A stretch of 64,000 bases of DNA from an uncultured Actinomycetes bacterium (GCA_963777085.1 CAVZPI010000033.1:6633-70632), one strand, 5' to 3'; positions 41,638-52,972 are shown, counted from the stretch's first letter. Made by a program: numbers and translations. The notes: generated from the letters alone by a model not told the origin.

Positions 41638-41737
41638 TGCTGCCTCCTGGTGTTCCGCGACGGGCGCGGCGGTTGACTGTCTCCTCGGGCTCAGTGCCCA
41701 TCGTGCCCTAGTCTTCCGTACGTCTCGGCGTGAGGAG

Positions 41738-43087
41738 ATGCTGGTGCGACGAACGACCCGTGCGTGGACGGCGACCGCGATCTCGATCGTGCTGGCTGTG
41801 AGCCTGGGCGCCGGCGCTGCGAGCGCGCTCTCCGGCGACGGTGCCCCCCCGGCCCCGGCGCCGGCCGTTCTCACGCCGGTCGACCTCACCGATGCCTCGG
41901 GGCCAGCCCCGACGCGGGCCGGCGTGGCCCGAGCCGTCGGTGGCCTGGCCTCGGCAGGACTGGCGGCGACGTCGATCCTGGTCGTCGATCCCGCTACCGG
42001 CACCGTCCTGTACGACCGCAGATCGGGACGGCCGCAGATTCCCGCCTCGACGGCGAAGCTAGCGACGGCGGCCGCCGCCCTCGAGGTGCTGGGGGCGCAG
42101 ACCCGGATCCCCACGGTCGTCCTCCGGCATGGCGACATCGTGTACCTCCTCGGGGGAGGAGACCCGACGCTCGTGCGCCAGCACGGCGGCAACCCGCTGG
42201 CCGGCGGGAGCGCCTCACTGCGCGAGGCGGCGCGCCTGGCGGCCGCCGGCCTCGGCGGCGCCGCTTCGGTGCGCCTCGTCTACGACGACCACGCGTTCCG
42301 GGGCCCGCTCCTCGGACCGGGCTGGTCCACCTCGTACCCCGCTGCGGGCGTTGCCGCCCCGGTGACCGCGCTCGTCGTCGACGGCGGTCGCGTTCGGCCG
42401 GGCTCGTTCTCGCGCGTCGAGGATCCCTCACAGCAGGCGGCGACGGTGTTCGCCGGCTACCTGGGCAGCGCAGGAGTGAAGGTCACGGAAGTGACCAGCG
42501 GACGGGTCGATGAGGCTGCCACCGAGATCGCGCGCGTCGAGTCGCCGCCGATCGCGGTGATCGTCGAGCGGATGCTCACCGACTCGGAGAACAACTACGC
42601 GGAGGCGCTCGCCCACCTCACCGGCGCGAAGCTGCTCGGCAGGCCGACGTTCGCCGGCGGAGCAGCCGCCACGACGAAGGCGCTGACGACCCTGCGGATC
42701 GACACGACGGGACTGTCCCTGGTCGACGGCAGCGGCCTGTCGACTCGTGACCGGTTGCCCACCCGACTGCTCGCGGACGTGCTCACGTCCGCCGCACTCG
42801 GCACGGAGCCGTCCCTGGCGTCGATCGGACCGGGGCTTCCGGTTGCCGGGCTGACCGGGACTCTCGCGGATCGGTTCGACACCCAGGCCACCGAGGGCGG
42901 CCGGGGGTTCGTGCATGCGAAGACCGGCACGCTGACCGGGGTCGTGTCGCTGGCTGGCACCGTCCAGGATGCCGACGGGCGCGTCCTCGTCTTCGCGATG
43001 ATCGCCAACGACGTGGCGTCCTTGAACCACGCGCGCGACTCGATGGACGGGATCGCGAGCCGCCTTGCCGGCTGCGGATGCTCATGA
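41738..43087 (+). CDS. dacB: D-alanyl-D-alanine carboxypeptidase/endopeptidase (PBP4, S13)
   Basis: PASTAK, GGGDP, SEN, DGSGLS, KTGTL. Confidence 0.93.
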   Translation: MLVRRTTRAWTATAISIVLAVSLGAGAASALSGDGAPPAPAPAVLTPVDLTDASGPAPTRAGVARAVGGLASAGLAATSILVVDPATGTVLYDRRSGRPQIPASTAKLATAAAALEVLGAQTRIPTVVLRHGDIVYLLGGGDPTLVRQHGGNPLAGGSASLREAARLAAAGLGGAASVRLVYDDHAFRGPLLGPGWSTSYPAAGVAAPVTALVVDGGRVRPGSFSRVEDPSQQAATVFAGYLGSAGVKVTEVTSGRVDEAATEIARVESPPIAVIVERMLTDSENNYAEALAHLTGAKLLGRPTFAGGAAATTKALTTLRIDTTGLSLVDGSGLSTRDRLPTRLLADVLTSAALGTEPSLASIGPGLPVAGLTGTLADRFDTQATEGGRGFVHAKTGTLTGVVSLAGTVQDADGRVLVFAMIANDVASLNHARDSMDGIASRLAGCGCS

Positions 43088-43112
43088 CGCATGATGGACT
43101 TCCAACGAAGGG

Positions 43113-44168
43113 ATGCGCGCGATGATGCCCGTGCTGCTGCCGGTCAACCAGTTCGACCACTTCTACCGGGGAGGCGATCGCATTGGCGCCCTGCGCCATG
43201 GCCCGGGCGGTCCGCAGCGCCCGGAGGAGTGGCTGGGGTCCACGACCGCCCGGTTCGGGCAGGCGCCGCAGGGCTTCAGCAGACTGCCGGATGGGCGACT
43301 GCTCATCGAGGCCGTGGAGGACGACCCGTCGGCATGGCTCGGTCCAGACCACGTGGCCCGATTCGGGACGAACACCGAGGTGCTCGTCAAGCTGCTCGAC
43401 CTGAACCAGCGGCTGCCCGTGCACCTGCACCCCAACCGGGCCTTCGCGAGGACCCATCTCGGGCTCGCGCACGGCAAGACGGAGGCGTGGTACGTGCTCG
43501 ACGCCCCCGAGGGCGGCGAAGTCGGCGTCGGCTTCAAGGAGGAGATGACGCTCGAGCAGGTCTCGAACTGGGTATCGAACCGCGACAGCCAGGCCCTGCT
43601 CGACGCACTGCGGACGAGGGTCGTGCGTCCCGGTGACGCGATGCTGGTGCCCTCCGGGTTGCCGCACACCGTCGCCGCAGGGGTCTTCGTGGTCGAACTG
43701 CAGGAGCCGACTGACCTGTCGATCCTGCTGGAGTGGCAGGGCTTCGCCGTTGACGGGACCAAGGACGGCCACCTCGACCTCGGCTTCGACGCCGCGCTGC
43801 AGGCCGTCGACCTGTCAGCGGTCTCCGCGGCCGACCTGGACGCCCTCGTACTCCCGAAGGAGAGCATCGAGCGGGCCGGACTCGCCTCGGCGATGCCCGC
43901 CGCTGCGGACGCCTACTTCCGCGCCCACCGATTCGATGCCGGCGCTGGACCGGTGGTGGTCGAGGCCGGGTTCGCCATCGTGCTGGTGCTGGAGGGCACG
44001 GGAGTCCTCGCCAGCTCCGCCGGCTCGATGGAGGTGTCGAGAGGCGACGTGGCGCTCGTCCCGTTCTCGGCCGGGGAGTATGCGCTGCACGGCCGGCCGC
44101 AGGGGGCGCCGCTCGTGGGCGTCGTCTGCCGTCCGCCGGCCCCTGACGCACCGCGCGACGTGCGCTGA
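43113..44168 (+). CDS. Class I mannose-6-phosphate isomerase-like cupin
   Basis: PEEW, LVKLLD..QRLPVHLHP, GKTEAW, PH, ELQEPTD. Confidence 0.82.
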   Translation: MRAMMPVLLPVNQFDHFYRGGDRIGALRHGPGGPQRPEEWLGSTTARFGQAPQGFSRLPDGRLLIEAVEDDPSAWLGPDHVARFGTNTEVLVKLLDLNQRLPVHLHPNRAFARTHLGLAHGKTEAWYVLDAPEGGEVGVGFKEEMTLEQVSNWVSNRDSQALLDALRTRVVRPGDAMLVPSGLPHTVAAGVFVVELQEPTDLSILLEWQGFAVDGTKDGHLDLGFDAALQAVDLSAVSAADLDALVLPKESIERAGLASAMPAAADAYFRAHRFDAGAGPVVVEAGFAIVLVLEGTGVLASSAGSMEVSRGDVALVPFSAGEYALHGRPQGAPLVGVVCRPPAPDAPRDVR

Positions 44169-44181
44169 TGGGCTCCATCGC

Positions 44182-45237
44182 ATGACAGAGCCCATCGACT
44201 GGGACCTTGCGGTCGCCACCGCCAGCCGCCTGGCCCCTAAGGGTCCGGAGATGCCCGCCGCGGAGGCGCGCAGCGCCGTTGCCATGCTGCGCGACCTGGC
44301 CCGTGAGGCCGTCGAGCCCGTGCGGCGCATGACCGGACTCGTGGCGCCGGAGTCCATGCCGGCCGTGGTCGTCGATCGCCCCGGCTGGATCGCGTCGAAT
44401 GTGGAGGGGATGCGGATCGTCCTGTCGGCATGGGACGAGCTGACGCAGAAGACGGACGCGGCTCCCGCGGTCATGCGCAGCCTGGGGTCGCGTGGGACCG
44501 CCCTCCAGCTGGGCGTGGTGCTGGCATGGATGTCCGGCAAGGTGCTCGGCCAGTACGAGGCGTTCACGGAGGTCGGCACGCCCGGCCGGCTGCTCCTCGT
44601 CGCGCCGACGATCGTGAGCGTCGAGACCCAGCTGGAGGTGCCGTCCAGGGACTTCCGCTTCTGGGTCTGCCTGCACGAGGAGACCCACCGGGTGCAGTTC
44701 GGGGCGGTGCCGTGGCTGGGCGAGTACCTCGCCGAGCGGATCTCCGCCCTGCTCGACGCCTCCGACCTGAGCTCGCGCGAGACCCTCCAGAAGCTGGTGG
44801 CCTTCGGCTACGCGCTCATCCGCTCACTTCGATCCGACGCCGAGGCCAGCGTCATCGAGGCCATCCAGACGCCCCAGCAGAAGGTCATCTTCGACGAGCT
44901 GACGGCCCTGATGTCACTTCTCGAGGGGCATGCCGATGTGGTCATGGACGACGTCGGACCGGCGGTCATCCCCTCCGTGGGGCTGATCCGCGAGCGCTTC
45001 ACCACCCGTCGTGAGCAGCCGGGCACGCTGGACTCCTTGGCACGCAGGGCCTTGGGGATGGACGCCAAGATGCGGCAGTACAGCGACGGTGCCGCGTTCG
45101 TCCGGCACGTCGTCGATCGCGTGGGGATGGACGGCTTCAACCGGGTCTGGGCCTCACCCGAGAGCCTGCCTTCGAGGGCGGAGATCCACGAGCCGGCCAG
45201 CTGGCTCGATCGGGTCGGCCGCGCCTGCGTCGCGTGA
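44182..45237 (+). CDS. Zincin-like putative hydrolase (conserved between dacB and tilS)
   Basis: VLGQYE, LHEETHRVQF, MSLLEGHAD, KMRQY. Confidence 0.88.
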   Translation: MTEPIDWDLAVATASRLAPKGPEMPAAEARSAVAMLRDLAREAVEPVRRMTGLVAPESMPAVVVDRPGWIASNVEGMRIVLSAWDELTQKTDAAPAVMRSLGSRGTALQLGVVLAWMSGKVLGQYEAFTEVGTPGRLLLVAPTIVSVETQLEVPSRDFRFWVCLHEETHRVQFGAVPWLGEYLAERISALLDASDLSSRETLQKLVAFGYALIRSLRSDAEASVIEAIQTPQQKVIFDELTALMSLLEGHADVVMDDVGPAVIPSVGLIRERFTTRREQPGTLDSLARRALGMDAKMRQYSDGAAFVRHVVDRVGMDGFNRVWASPESLPSRAEIHEPASWLDRVGRACVA

Positions 45238-45250
45238 GGAGCGCAGCCCC

Positions 45251-46432
45251 GTGAGCCGGAGGAGCGCCTCCGACCAGCTGGTCGCCGCCCGAACGGCCGT
45301 CAGCCGGGCCGTCGCGGACCTCGAGGCCGGGTCGACCGTCCTCGTGGCCTGCTCCGGCGGCCCCGACTCGCTGGCCCTGACGGGCGCCGCGGCCTGGTGC
45401 GGACCGCGGCATGGGCTCACCGTCCGCGCGATCGTCGTCGATCACGGGCTCCAGGCGGAATCGGGCGACGCGGCACGACTGGCCGCGCGGGCGAGCCTGG
45501 CCCTGGGTGTCTCCGACGCCGAGGTGATCGCGGTCCAGGTCGGGAGCGACGGCGGCCCGGAGGCAGCGGCTCGGACGGCGCGGTACGCGGCACTGGAGCG
45601 CGCTGCGACCGAACGGAGCGCCGCGGTCGTGCTCCTGGGCCACACCCGCGAGGACCAGGCCGAGACCGTGCTGCTGCGCCTCGCCAGAGGCTCGGGGGCG
45701 CGATCGCTGTCCGCGATGCGCGCGTGGTCGGGGCCATGGCGTCGGCCCTTCCTCGGGATGTCGCGCGCCGACGTGCACGCGGCGGCCGACGAGATGCTGG
45801 TGCCCCTGGGCCTGGCGCCCTGGCGCGATCCGCACAACGACGACCGCGGCTTCGCCCGCGTACGGGTGCGCACGCTGCTGTCCGACCTGGTCGATGACCT
45901 CGGCCCCGGCGTGGTGCTCGGCCTCACGCGCACGGCCGACCTGCTCCGGGACGATGCCGACGCTCTCGAGGCGTGGACCGAACGCGCCGCGGACTGCCTC
46001 GTCCTGGAGTCGGACGCCGAGGCGTCCAGCGCGGTTGCCGACCTGCTTGACCTGCCGCGCGCGGTACGCACGCGGCTGATCCGACGGATGTGCCTGGGTC
46101 GCGGCTGCCCCCCGGACGAGCTCGACTTCGATCACGTGGCCCGGGTGGAGGCACTCGTCAGCTCGTGGCGCGGCCAGGGCGAGATCCGCCTGCCCGGCGG
46201 TGTGGTGGCCCGACGCGCGTGTGGCAGGCTGTGCCTGCGCGCGGCGCGACGGGGACAGACGAGCACGACGATCGCCCAGACGGGAGCATCGAGTGGATTC
46301 ACAGGACATCACCGCGGAGCTGCAGCACGTGCTGCTGACGGAGGACCAGCTTCGGGAGAGGATCCTGCGAGCTCGCTGCCCAGATCGACGCCGACTACCA
46401 CGGCAAGGACCTGCTCCTGGTGGGGGTCCTGA
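45251..46432 (+). CDS. tilS: tRNA(Ile)-lysidine synthetase; 3' end uncertain (overlaps hpt as sequenced)
   Basis: [29 protein letters not shown]. Confidence 0.9.
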   Translation: MSRRSASDQLVAARTAVSRAVADLEAGSTVLVACSGGPDSLALTGAAAWCGPRHGLTVRAIVVDHGLQAESGDAARLAARASLALGVSDAEVIAVQVGSDGGPEAAARTARYAALERAATERSAAVVLLGHTREDQAETVLLRLARGSGARSLSAMRAWSGPWRRPFLGMSRADVHAAADEMLVPLGLAPWRDPHNDDRGFARVRVRTLLSDLVDDLGPGVVLGLTRTADLLRDDADALEAWTERAADCLVLESDAEASSAVADLLDLPRAVRTRLIRRMCLGRGCPPDELDFDHVARVEALVSSWRGQGEIRLPGGVVARRACGRLCLRAARRGQTSTTIAQTGASSGFTGHHRGAAARAADGGPASGEDPASSLPRSTPTTTARTCSWWGS

Positions 46433-46847
46433 AGGGTGCAGTCATGGTGATGGCGGACCTGGCCAGATCATTGCACCGGAGCGTCGACATGGACTGGATG
46501 GCCGTCTCGTCCTACGGATCGGGCACGACATCCAGCGGTGTCGTCCGCATCCTGAAGGACCTCGACGCCGACCTGAGCGATCGCAACGTCTGGTGGTGGA
46601 GGACATCCTCGACTCCGGCCTGACGCTGTCCTGGCTGCTGAGGAACCTCTCGTCGCGCGGGCCCGCCTCGCTCGAGGTGTTCACGCTGCTGCGCAAGCCC
46701 GATGCCATGAAGGTCAACGTGGCCCCGCGCTACATCGGCTTCGACATCCCGAACGAGTTCGTCGTCGGCTACGGCCTCGACTACGCCCAGCAGTACCGCA
46801 ACCTGCGGTGCGTCGGGACGCTCGCCCCGCACGTCTACGGCGGCTGA
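46293..46847 (+). CDS. hpt: Hypoxanthine phosphoribosyltransferase with two compensating frameshifts (about 46367 and 46590)
   Basis: Segments in two frames reconstruct [29 protein letters not shown]. Confidence 0.9.
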   Translation: MDSQDITAELQHVLLTEDQLRERILRARCPDRRRLPRQGPAPGGGPEGCSHGDGGPGQIIAPERRHGLDGRLVLRIGHDIQRCRPHPEGPRRRPERSQRLVVEDILDSGLTLSWLLRNLSSRGPASLEVFTLLRKPDAMKVNVAPRYIGFDIPNEFVVGYGLDYAQQYRNLRCVGTLAPHVYGG

Positions 46848-46866
46848 CAGCCGCGTCGGGCCGAGG

Positions 46867-47010
46867 TCAGTGATGGCCCTTGGTGACCATCACGATCATC
46901 CTCGTGTTGAGGACGGCGAACCGCCAGGCCTGGATGAGCAGGTTGCTTCGTGCCCGTATCTCCGCGCCGGACGGGACCCGCGCCTCCGGGAATGTGGTGA
47001 TGCTCGTCAT
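46867..47010 (-). CDS. 47-aa peptide downstream of second sqr (not in ORF track)
   Basis: GGAGAG SD; MTSITTFPEARVPSGAEIRARSNLLIQAWRFAVLNTRMIVMVTKGHH; starts 31 nt after the sqr stop. Confidence 0.65.
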   Translation of the reverse strand: MTSITTFPEARVPSGAEIRARSNLLIQAWRFAVLNTRMIVMVTKGHH

Positions 47011-47041
47011 GACTCTCCGATCAACGGTCGTGGGGGATGGG

Positions 47042-48499
47042 CTACTCGGGGATGAGGTACCACAGCGGATGCGCCTTGGCCTTGTAGATGAACAGGTAGT
47101 GGAGCATGACCTTCATCCAGTGCGCGCTCAGTCCGAGCTCGCCGTGGGTCGCGTTCGTGTCGCGTCCGGCCTCGCCGTACTTCTCCTTGTCGGGGATGAT
47201 CGGGAAGACCGTCATGGCAGCCGCCTGGCCGGTGCGCCAGCCCTTTCCGGCCGACGCGATGCACGCGGCGCCCATGTCGGCCATCGACGCGGTGTGGGCC
47301 TTGGCGCCGGCCCCGTGCTTGATTCGGCCGGCGATGGTCCGGGCGACCGCTCGTCCGATGACTCCCGACGGCATGCCGGTGCGCGGTGGTGCCGGTGCGA
47401 TGACGGTGCCGTTCGGCGAGGTGCGGGGGCGTGACATCTGGTGCGGGGGCGCGAAGGCGATGCCAGCCGCCCACACGTTGCCGTACTTCGCGGACTGGTA
47501 GGTACGGGGCCAGTCGGCGGCCTTCCACTCCTCGTATGGCCTGGGGGTGTAGTCGGCGTCGACCTTCATGAACCCGCTGGGTGCGAACACCTCGGCCGTG
47601 ACGTCGTTGCCGTCCCTGTCGAAGGCATGGAGGTCGGCGCCGCGGAACGGGGGCAGGAGCATGGCGAAGTCGAATGGCTGCTCGCCCTTGGTGCCGTCGA
47701 CCTGCTCGTAGTGCACGACGCCGGGCTCGACCCTCTCCACGTGCGCCGACATGATCGCCTTGACTCCGCGCTCCTGGAACACGGACTCGGTGAAGTCGCT
47801 GCTGGGGATGACCTGGCCCTTGTGGCCGAAGTTCATGCCGTCCATGCCGAAGTCGCCGAGCTGCGCCTCGTTCGTGATGTAGATGACCTCGGCCCGGTCG
47901 CGCACGCCCTCCTTGACGAGCTCGTGCTCGACGTTGAACGTGTACTCGAAGGCGGCGCCCTGGCAGGTGCACGTGCCGTGGCCCATGCCGATGAGGAGGG
48001 TCTGCCGCTCGCCGGCCTTGAGGCGGTCCACCACCTCGTGGAACGCCTTGGCGGCCTCGGTGGCGTGGCCGGCGGTGCACACCGACCACGTATGGCCGTC
48101 CGGCCCGAGCCCGGGAGTGGCGCCGAAGTTCAGCTTCGGCCCGGTCGCGTTGATGAGGAAGTCGTACTCGAGTTCGGCCACCTGTCCCTGTCGGGAGGGA
48201 TCGGTATAGCGGACAGTGACGTGCGGACGAGGGTTGCCGGGACTGCCTTCCGCGTGCAGCTCGGCGGCCAGGGCCTGGTGGAACTCGATGCCCTTGCGCT
48301 GGTAGATCGGTGCCAGCGGGAACGTCACCTGCTTGACGGTCATCTGCCCGACGCCGACCCAGATGTTGGACGGGATCCAGTTCCACTGCGAGTTGGGGGA
48401 GACCACGACGACGTCGTGCTCCCTGCCGACCAGGCGGCGAAGGTGCAGGGCTGCGGTGTGGCCGGCGATGCCAGCCCCCAGGATGACGGTGCGACTCAT
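47042..48499 (-). CDS. sqr: Sulfide:quinone oxidoreductase family flavoprotein (different subtype from 39229-40473)
   Basis: GAGIAG, WIPSNIWVG, SVCT..HA, CTCQGAAFEY, PPRTG, AACIAS. Confidence 0.85.
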   Translation of the reverse strand: MSRTVILGAGIAGHTAALHLRRLVGREHDVVVVSPNSQWNWIPSNIWVGVGQMTVKQVTFPLAPIYQRKGIEFHQALAAELHAEGSPGNPRPHVTVRYTDPSRQGQVAELEYDFLINATGPKLNFGATPGLGPDGHTWSVCTAGHATEAAKAFHEVVDRLKAGERQTLLIGMGHGTCTCQGAAFEYTFNVEHELVKEGVRDRAEVIYITNEAQLGDFGMDGMNFGHKGQVIPSSDFTESVFQERGVKAIMSAHVERVEPGVVHYEQVDGTKGEQPFDFAMLLPPFRGADLHAFDRDGNDVTAEVFAPSGFMKVDADYTPRPYEEWKAADWPRTYQSAKYGNVWAAGIAFAPPHQMSRPRTSPNGTVIAPAPPRTGMPSGVIGRAVARTIAGRIKHGAGAKAHTASMADMGAACIASAGKGWRTGQAAAMTVFPIIPDKEKYGEAGRDTNATHGELGLSAHWMKVMLHYLFIYKAKAHPLWYLIPE

Positions 48500-48535
48500 T
48501 CGAACCTCCGGTGGTGGTCAGTACCGCTGGGCGGC

Positions 48536-50188
48536 TCAGGCGAGGGCTGGGATGAGCTCGCGGATCGTGGCGGGTGAGCTGATCCACGTGCGGTAGCCAC
48601 CGTCGAGGTTGACCGCGTCGAAGCCGTTCTCGCGCAGGAACATCGTGGCGCTGTGACCGCGCTGGCCCACCTCGCAGCAGACCAGGATCCGGCCTGAGGG
48701 CACCTCGCCGAGACGCTCGCGCAGCTCGTCGATCGGCAGGTTGACGCTGTCGGGGATGTGTCCTCGGCGGAACTCCCTGTCGGTGCGTACATCGATGACC
48801 GGCACGCCCTCGGCCTGGAGCCCGGCCACCTCGTGCCACTGTGCGGTGCGCGTCGCGCCGGTCAGGATGTTGTCGGCGATGTAGCCGAGCATGTTCACGG
48901 GATCCTTGGCGGAGCCGAACGGAGGGGCGTACGCGAGCTCGAGGTCGGCCAGCTCAACGGCAGACAGGCCGCCCCGGATCGCCGTGGCGATGACGTCGAT
49001 CCTCTTGTCGACGCCGTCCCGTCCGACGCCCTGCGCGCCGAGGATGCCACCGGAGACCGGATCGACGAGCAGTTTCAGGGACATCGTCGTGGCCCCGGGG
49101 TAGTAGCCGGCATGCGAGCCCGGGTGCGTGTGAATGGCCATCACGGGCCGTCCGCCCGCCCGCAGCCGCTTCTCGTTCCATCCGGTCGTGGCGATGACGA
49201 GGTCGAAGACCTTGACGATGGCGGTGCCCAGGGCCGGCACCGGTCGGACCGCGTGACCGGCGATGTGGTCGGCGACGATGCGGCCCTGCCGGTTCGCGAT
49301 GTTCGCCAGCGGGACGAGCACCTCGGCGCCGTCGAGCGCGTCGCGCTTCGTGGCGGCATCCCCGATGGCATAGATGGCGGGATCGCTCGTGCGGTTGACC
49401 TCGTCGACGAGGATGCCGCCCCGCTCGCCGACGGACAGGCCGGCCGCGGTAGCGAGGGTGGCATCCGGACGGACACCGATCGCCAGGATGACCAGGTCGG
49501 CGGGGATCCGTTCGCCGTTGCTCAGCTCGACGGAGTCCTCGGACAGCGACGCGACGGCGACGCCGAGGCGCACATCGACACCGTGATGACGCATCTCGCG
49601 GGTGACCGCGGTGGCCATCTCGGGGTCGAGGGGCGCGAGCAGCTGCTCGGTCGCCTCGATCACGGTCGTGTGGATGCCGCGGTGGGCGAGGTTCTCCGCG
49701 GTCTCGACTCCGATGAAGCCGCCGCCCACGACGACGGCATGCTGCGGCCGGCGTCCGAGGGCACGGACGATTCGGGCCACGTCCTCGACGGTGCGGAGCG
49801 TCAGAGCCCGCTCGATGCCCGGCAACGGCGGCACGATCGGCGAGGCTCCCGGGCTCAGCACGAGACGGTCGTAGGGGAGCTCGTAGGTGGTGCCGTCATC
49901 AAGGGCGCGAACGGTGACCACCTGGGCGCCCGTGTCGATCGACGTGACCTCGTTGCGGACCCGCACGTCAAGGCGGAACCTCGCGCGGAGGCTCTCGGGC
50001 GTCTGCAGGAGCAGGTCGGACTCCTTGGGAATGATCCCACCGACGTGGTAGGGCAGCCCGCAGTTCGCGTACGAGACATGACCGCTGCGCTCGAGGACCG
50101 TGATGGAGGCGTTCGGGTCGAGGCGCCGCAGTCGAGTGGCCGCGCTCATCCCGCCAGCGACCCCTCCGACGATTACGATGTTGCGCAC
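48536..50188 (-). CDS. CoA-disulfide/persulfide reductase with C-terminal rhodanese domain
   Basis: GGVAGG, SYANCGLPY, GGGFIG, YAPPF; rhodanese DVR..EF..GHIP, CEVGQRG, LDGGY. Confidence 0.92.
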   Translation of the reverse strand: MRNIVIVGGVAGGMSAATRLRRLDPNASITVLERSGHVSYANCGLPYHVGGIIPKESDLLLQTPESLRARFRLDVRVRNEVTSIDTGAQVVTVRALDDGTTYELPYDRLVLSPGASPIVPPLPGIERALTLRTVEDVARIVRALGRRPQHAVVVGGGFIGVETAENLAHRGIHTTVIEATEQLLAPLDPEMATAVTREMRHHGVDVRLGVAVASLSEDSVELSNGERIPADLVILAIGVRPDATLATAAGLSVGERGGILVDEVNRTSDPAIYAIGDAATKRDALDGAEVLVPLANIANRQGRIVADHIAGHAVRPVPALGTAIVKVFDLVIATTGWNEKRLRAGGRPVMAIHTHPGSHAGYYPGATTMSLKLLVDPVSGGILGAQGVGRDGVDKRIDVIATAIRGGLSAVELADLELAYAPPFGSAKDPVNMLGYIADNILTGATRTAQWHEVAGLQAEGVPVIDVRTDREFRRGHIPDSVNLPIDELRERLGEVPSGRILVCCEVGQRGHSATMFLRENGFDAVNLDGGYRTWISSPATIRELIPALA

Positions 50189-50210
50189 GCTGCTTCCCCT
50201 CGTTCGGCAG

Positions 50211-50226
50211 ATACCCCTGGGGGTAT
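50211..50226. promoter_or_regulatory. CsoR/CstR-type operator upstream of the reductase-sqr operon
   Basis: ATACCC-CTGG-GGGTAT. Confidence 0.75.
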
Positions 50227-50348
50227 ACTAGCCCGAGTCGGCAGTCCCGTCGAATCCGGCCAGCGCCAGCAGGCCCTTACGCGGGCGGCGTAACGGCGTG
50301 CGTCTGCGCGCGGTCGTGGCCGCATCGGGCTCGTAGTACCGTGATGCG

Positions 50349-52364
50349 GTGGATGTGAGGAGAATCTTGCGCGGCCCGATCTTCTGGATCGCCATGGCCG
50401 TGCTCTTCGTGCTGATCGGCTCGAGCTTCATCTCTGGCGTGGGCGCCCCCGAGCAGGTCGACACGAGCGTGGCCATCTCCGACATCAAGTCCGACAAGGT
50501 CGACACCGCGACCATCGTCGACCGCGACCAGGTCATCGAGCTCACCCTGACCGATGGCACGAAGACCAAGGCGCAGTACGTCGACGGCCAGGGCGTGAAC
50601 CTGCAGGAGCTGCTCCAGTCCAAGGCCGATGCCGGCAAGCTGCCCGGCGGCTACAACGTGGTCGTGCCGACCGAGAGCGTCCTCGTCACCCTCCTCATCT
50701 CGCTGCTCCCGGTAGCCCTCATCGTGCTGCTGTTCTTCTTCCTGATGAGCCAGATGCAGGGCGGCGGCTCGAAGGTCATGCAGTTCGGCAAGTCCAAGGC
50801 GAAGATGGTCACCAAGGACATGCCGCAGACGACCTTCGCCGATGTCGCGGGCGTCCAGGAGGCGGTCGAGGAGCTGCAGGAGATCAAGGACTTCCTGGCG
50901 GACCCGGCCCGGTTCCAGGCCGTCGGCGCCAAGATCCCCAAGGGCGTCCTGCTCTACGGGCCGCCCGGCACCGGCAAGACCCTGCTCGCGAGGGCGGTCG
51001 CAGGGGAGGCCGGCGTCCCGTTCTTCTCCATCTCCGGGTCGGACTTCGTCGAGATGTTCGTGGGCGTCGGCGCCAGCCGTGTACGCGACCTCTTCCAGCA
51101 GGCCAAGGAGAACGCGCCGGCCATCATCTTCGTCGACGAGATCGACGCGGTGGGCCGGCACCGCGGTGCCGGGCTCGGCGGCGGTCACGACGAGCGCGAG
51201 CAGACCCTGAACCAGATGCTCGTCGAGATGGACGGGTTCGACGTCAACGCCAACGTCATCCTCATCGCGGCGACGAACCGGCCCGACATCCTCGACCCGG
51301 CACTTCTGCGTCCGGGCCGCTTCGACCGGCAGATCGCGGTGGAGCGTCCCGACCTGAACGGCCGTTTCGAGATCCTCAAGGTCCATGCCAAGGGCAAGCC
51401 GATGGCACCTGCGGTCGACCTGCTCGCCGTGGCCAGGCGCACGCCCGGATTCACCGGTGCGGACCTGGCCAACGTGCTCAACGAGGCCGCCCTGCTGACC
51501 GCGCGCACCGGTGCGCAGCTGATCGACGACGTGGCCCTGGACGAGGCGATCGACCGCGTCATCGCCGGCCCGCAGAAGCGCACCCGGGTGATGGACGACC
51601 GCGAGAAGAAGATCACCGCCTATCACGAGGCGGGGCACGCCCTGGTAGCGGCAGCACTGCCGGGCAACGACCCCGTTCACAAGATCACGATCATGCCGCG
51701 GGGCCGGGCGCTGGGCTACACGATGGTGCTGCCCGACCAGGACAAGTACTCGACGACTCGAAGCGAGATGCTCAACCAGCTCGCGTACATGCTCGGCGGC
51801 CGGGCAGCCGAGGAGCTCATCTTCCACGATCCGACGACCGGTGCGTCGAACGACATCGAGAAGGCGACCGCGGTGGCGCGAGCCATGGTCACCCAGTACG
51901 GAATGACCGAGCGGCTCGGTGCGATCCGGTATGGCCAGGAGCAGAACGAGGTGTTCCTCGGTCGCGACATGGGCCACATCCGCGACTACTCCGAGGAGGT
52001 GGCGGCAGCCATCGACGAGGAGGTGCGGGGCTTCATCGAGTCGGCGCACCAGGAGGCGTACGACCTGCTCGTCGCGAACCGCGACATCCTCGACGCCATG
52101 GTCCTGGCCCTGCTCGAGCGCGAGACCCTCGACAAGTCCGAGATCGAGGAGATCTTCGCGGCCCTTCAGCTGCGCGAGGTGCGACCGCCGTGGACGGGCT
52201 CGGCGCGCCGCCGCCCGGACGACCGAGGCCCCGTCAGCACGCCCACCGAACTGGCGTCGGGGAACGGTCAGGGCTCGGCGAACGGCCGGGCCGCGGCGAA
52301 CGGCCGGGCCGCGTCGCAGGGCCACGCGGCCGATGAGTCGGCCGAGGTGAGCGACCCCGCATGA
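50349..52364 (+). CDS. ftsH: ATP-dependent zinc metalloprotease FtsH
   Basis: Two TM helices, [26 protein letters not shown]. Confidence 0.98.
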   Translation: MDVRRILRGPIFWIAMAVLFVLIGSSFISGVGAPEQVDTSVAISDIKSDKVDTATIVDRDQVIELTLTDGTKTKAQYVDGQGVNLQELLQSKADAGKLPGGYNVVVPTESVLVTLLISLLPVALIVLLFFFLMSQMQGGGSKVMQFGKSKAKMVTKDMPQTTFADVAGVQEAVEELQEIKDFLADPARFQAVGAKIPKGVLLYGPPGTGKTLLARAVAGEAGVPFFSISGSDFVEMFVGVGASRVRDLFQQAKENAPAIIFVDEIDAVGRHRGAGLGGGHDEREQTLNQMLVEMDGFDVNANVILIAATNRPDILDPALLRPGRFDRQIAVERPDLNGRFEILKVHAKGKPMAPAVDLLAVARRTPGFTGADLANVLNEAALLTARTGAQLIDDVALDEAIDRVIAGPQKRTRVMDDREKKITAYHEAGHALVAAALPGNDPVHKITIMPRGRALGYTMVLPDQDKYSTTRSEMLNQLAYMLGGRAAEELIFHDPTTGASNDIEKATAVARAMVTQYGMTERLGAIRYGQEQNEVFLGRDMGHIRDYSEEVAAAIDEEVRGFIESAHQEAYDLLVANRDILDAMVLALLERETLDKSEIEEIFAALQLREVRPPWTGSARRRPDDRGPVSTPTELASGNGQGSANGRAAANGRAASQGHAADESAEVSDPA

Positions 52365-52972
52365 GCAGCATCAACGCCGTCTCGCTGCCCGAGGGGCGTC
52401 CGCTGCGCCCATTCGACGCCGCGGCAGTGGAGCGTGCCGTGCGCGACCTGCTCGTCGCGATCGGCGATGACCCCGAGCGCGACGGCCTCCAGCAGACGCC
52501 GGCCCGCGTCGCACGTGCCTACGCGGAGATGTTCCGCGGCCTCTACATGACGGCCGACGACGTCCTCGCGACGACCTTCGACCTCGGGCACGACGAGATG
52601 GTGCTGGTCAAGGACATCGAGCTCTACAGCACCTGCGAGCACCACCTGGTGCCCTTCCACGGCGTCGCCCACATCGGCTACATCCCGAACGAGAACGGGC
52701 GCATCACGGGCCTGTCCAAGCTCGCCCGGCTCGTCGACGTCTTCGCCAAGCGACCGCAGGTGCAGGAGCGGCTGACGACGCAGATCGCCGACTCCCTCAT
52801 GCGAATCCTGGAGCCGCGTGGCGCGATCGTCGTGCTCGAGGCGGAGCACCTGTGCATGTCCATGCGCGGGGTGCGCAAGCCGGGAGCCAAGACCATGACC
52901 AGCGCGGTGCGCGGTCGCCTCCTCGACCCCGCCACCCGGGCCGAGGCGATGTCGCTGATCCTGGGTCGATGA
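52361..52972 (+). CDS. folE: GTP cyclohydrolase I
   Basis: [28 protein letters not shown]. Confidence 0.97.
   Translation: MSSINAVSLPEGRPLRPFDAAAVERAVRDLLVAIGDDPERDGLQQTPARVARAYAEMFRGLYMTADDVLATTFDLGHDEMVLVKDIELYSTCEHHLVPFHGVAHIGYIPNENGRITGLSKLARLVDVFAKRPQVQERLTTQIADSLMRILEPRGAIVVLEAEHLCMSMRGVRKPGAKTMTSAVRGRLLDPATRAEAMSLILGR

Noticed and set aside
45251..46847. TilS-Hpt fusion or programmed frameshifting in hpt
   Set aside because: hpt has its own GTG with SD-like sequence, no slippery site is visible, and similar indels occur throughout the window
52278..52313. 18-bp tandem repeat at the ftsH 3' end
   Set aside because: In-frame slippage (ANGRAA x2) in a low-complexity tail; ordinary, like the thiB linker duplication
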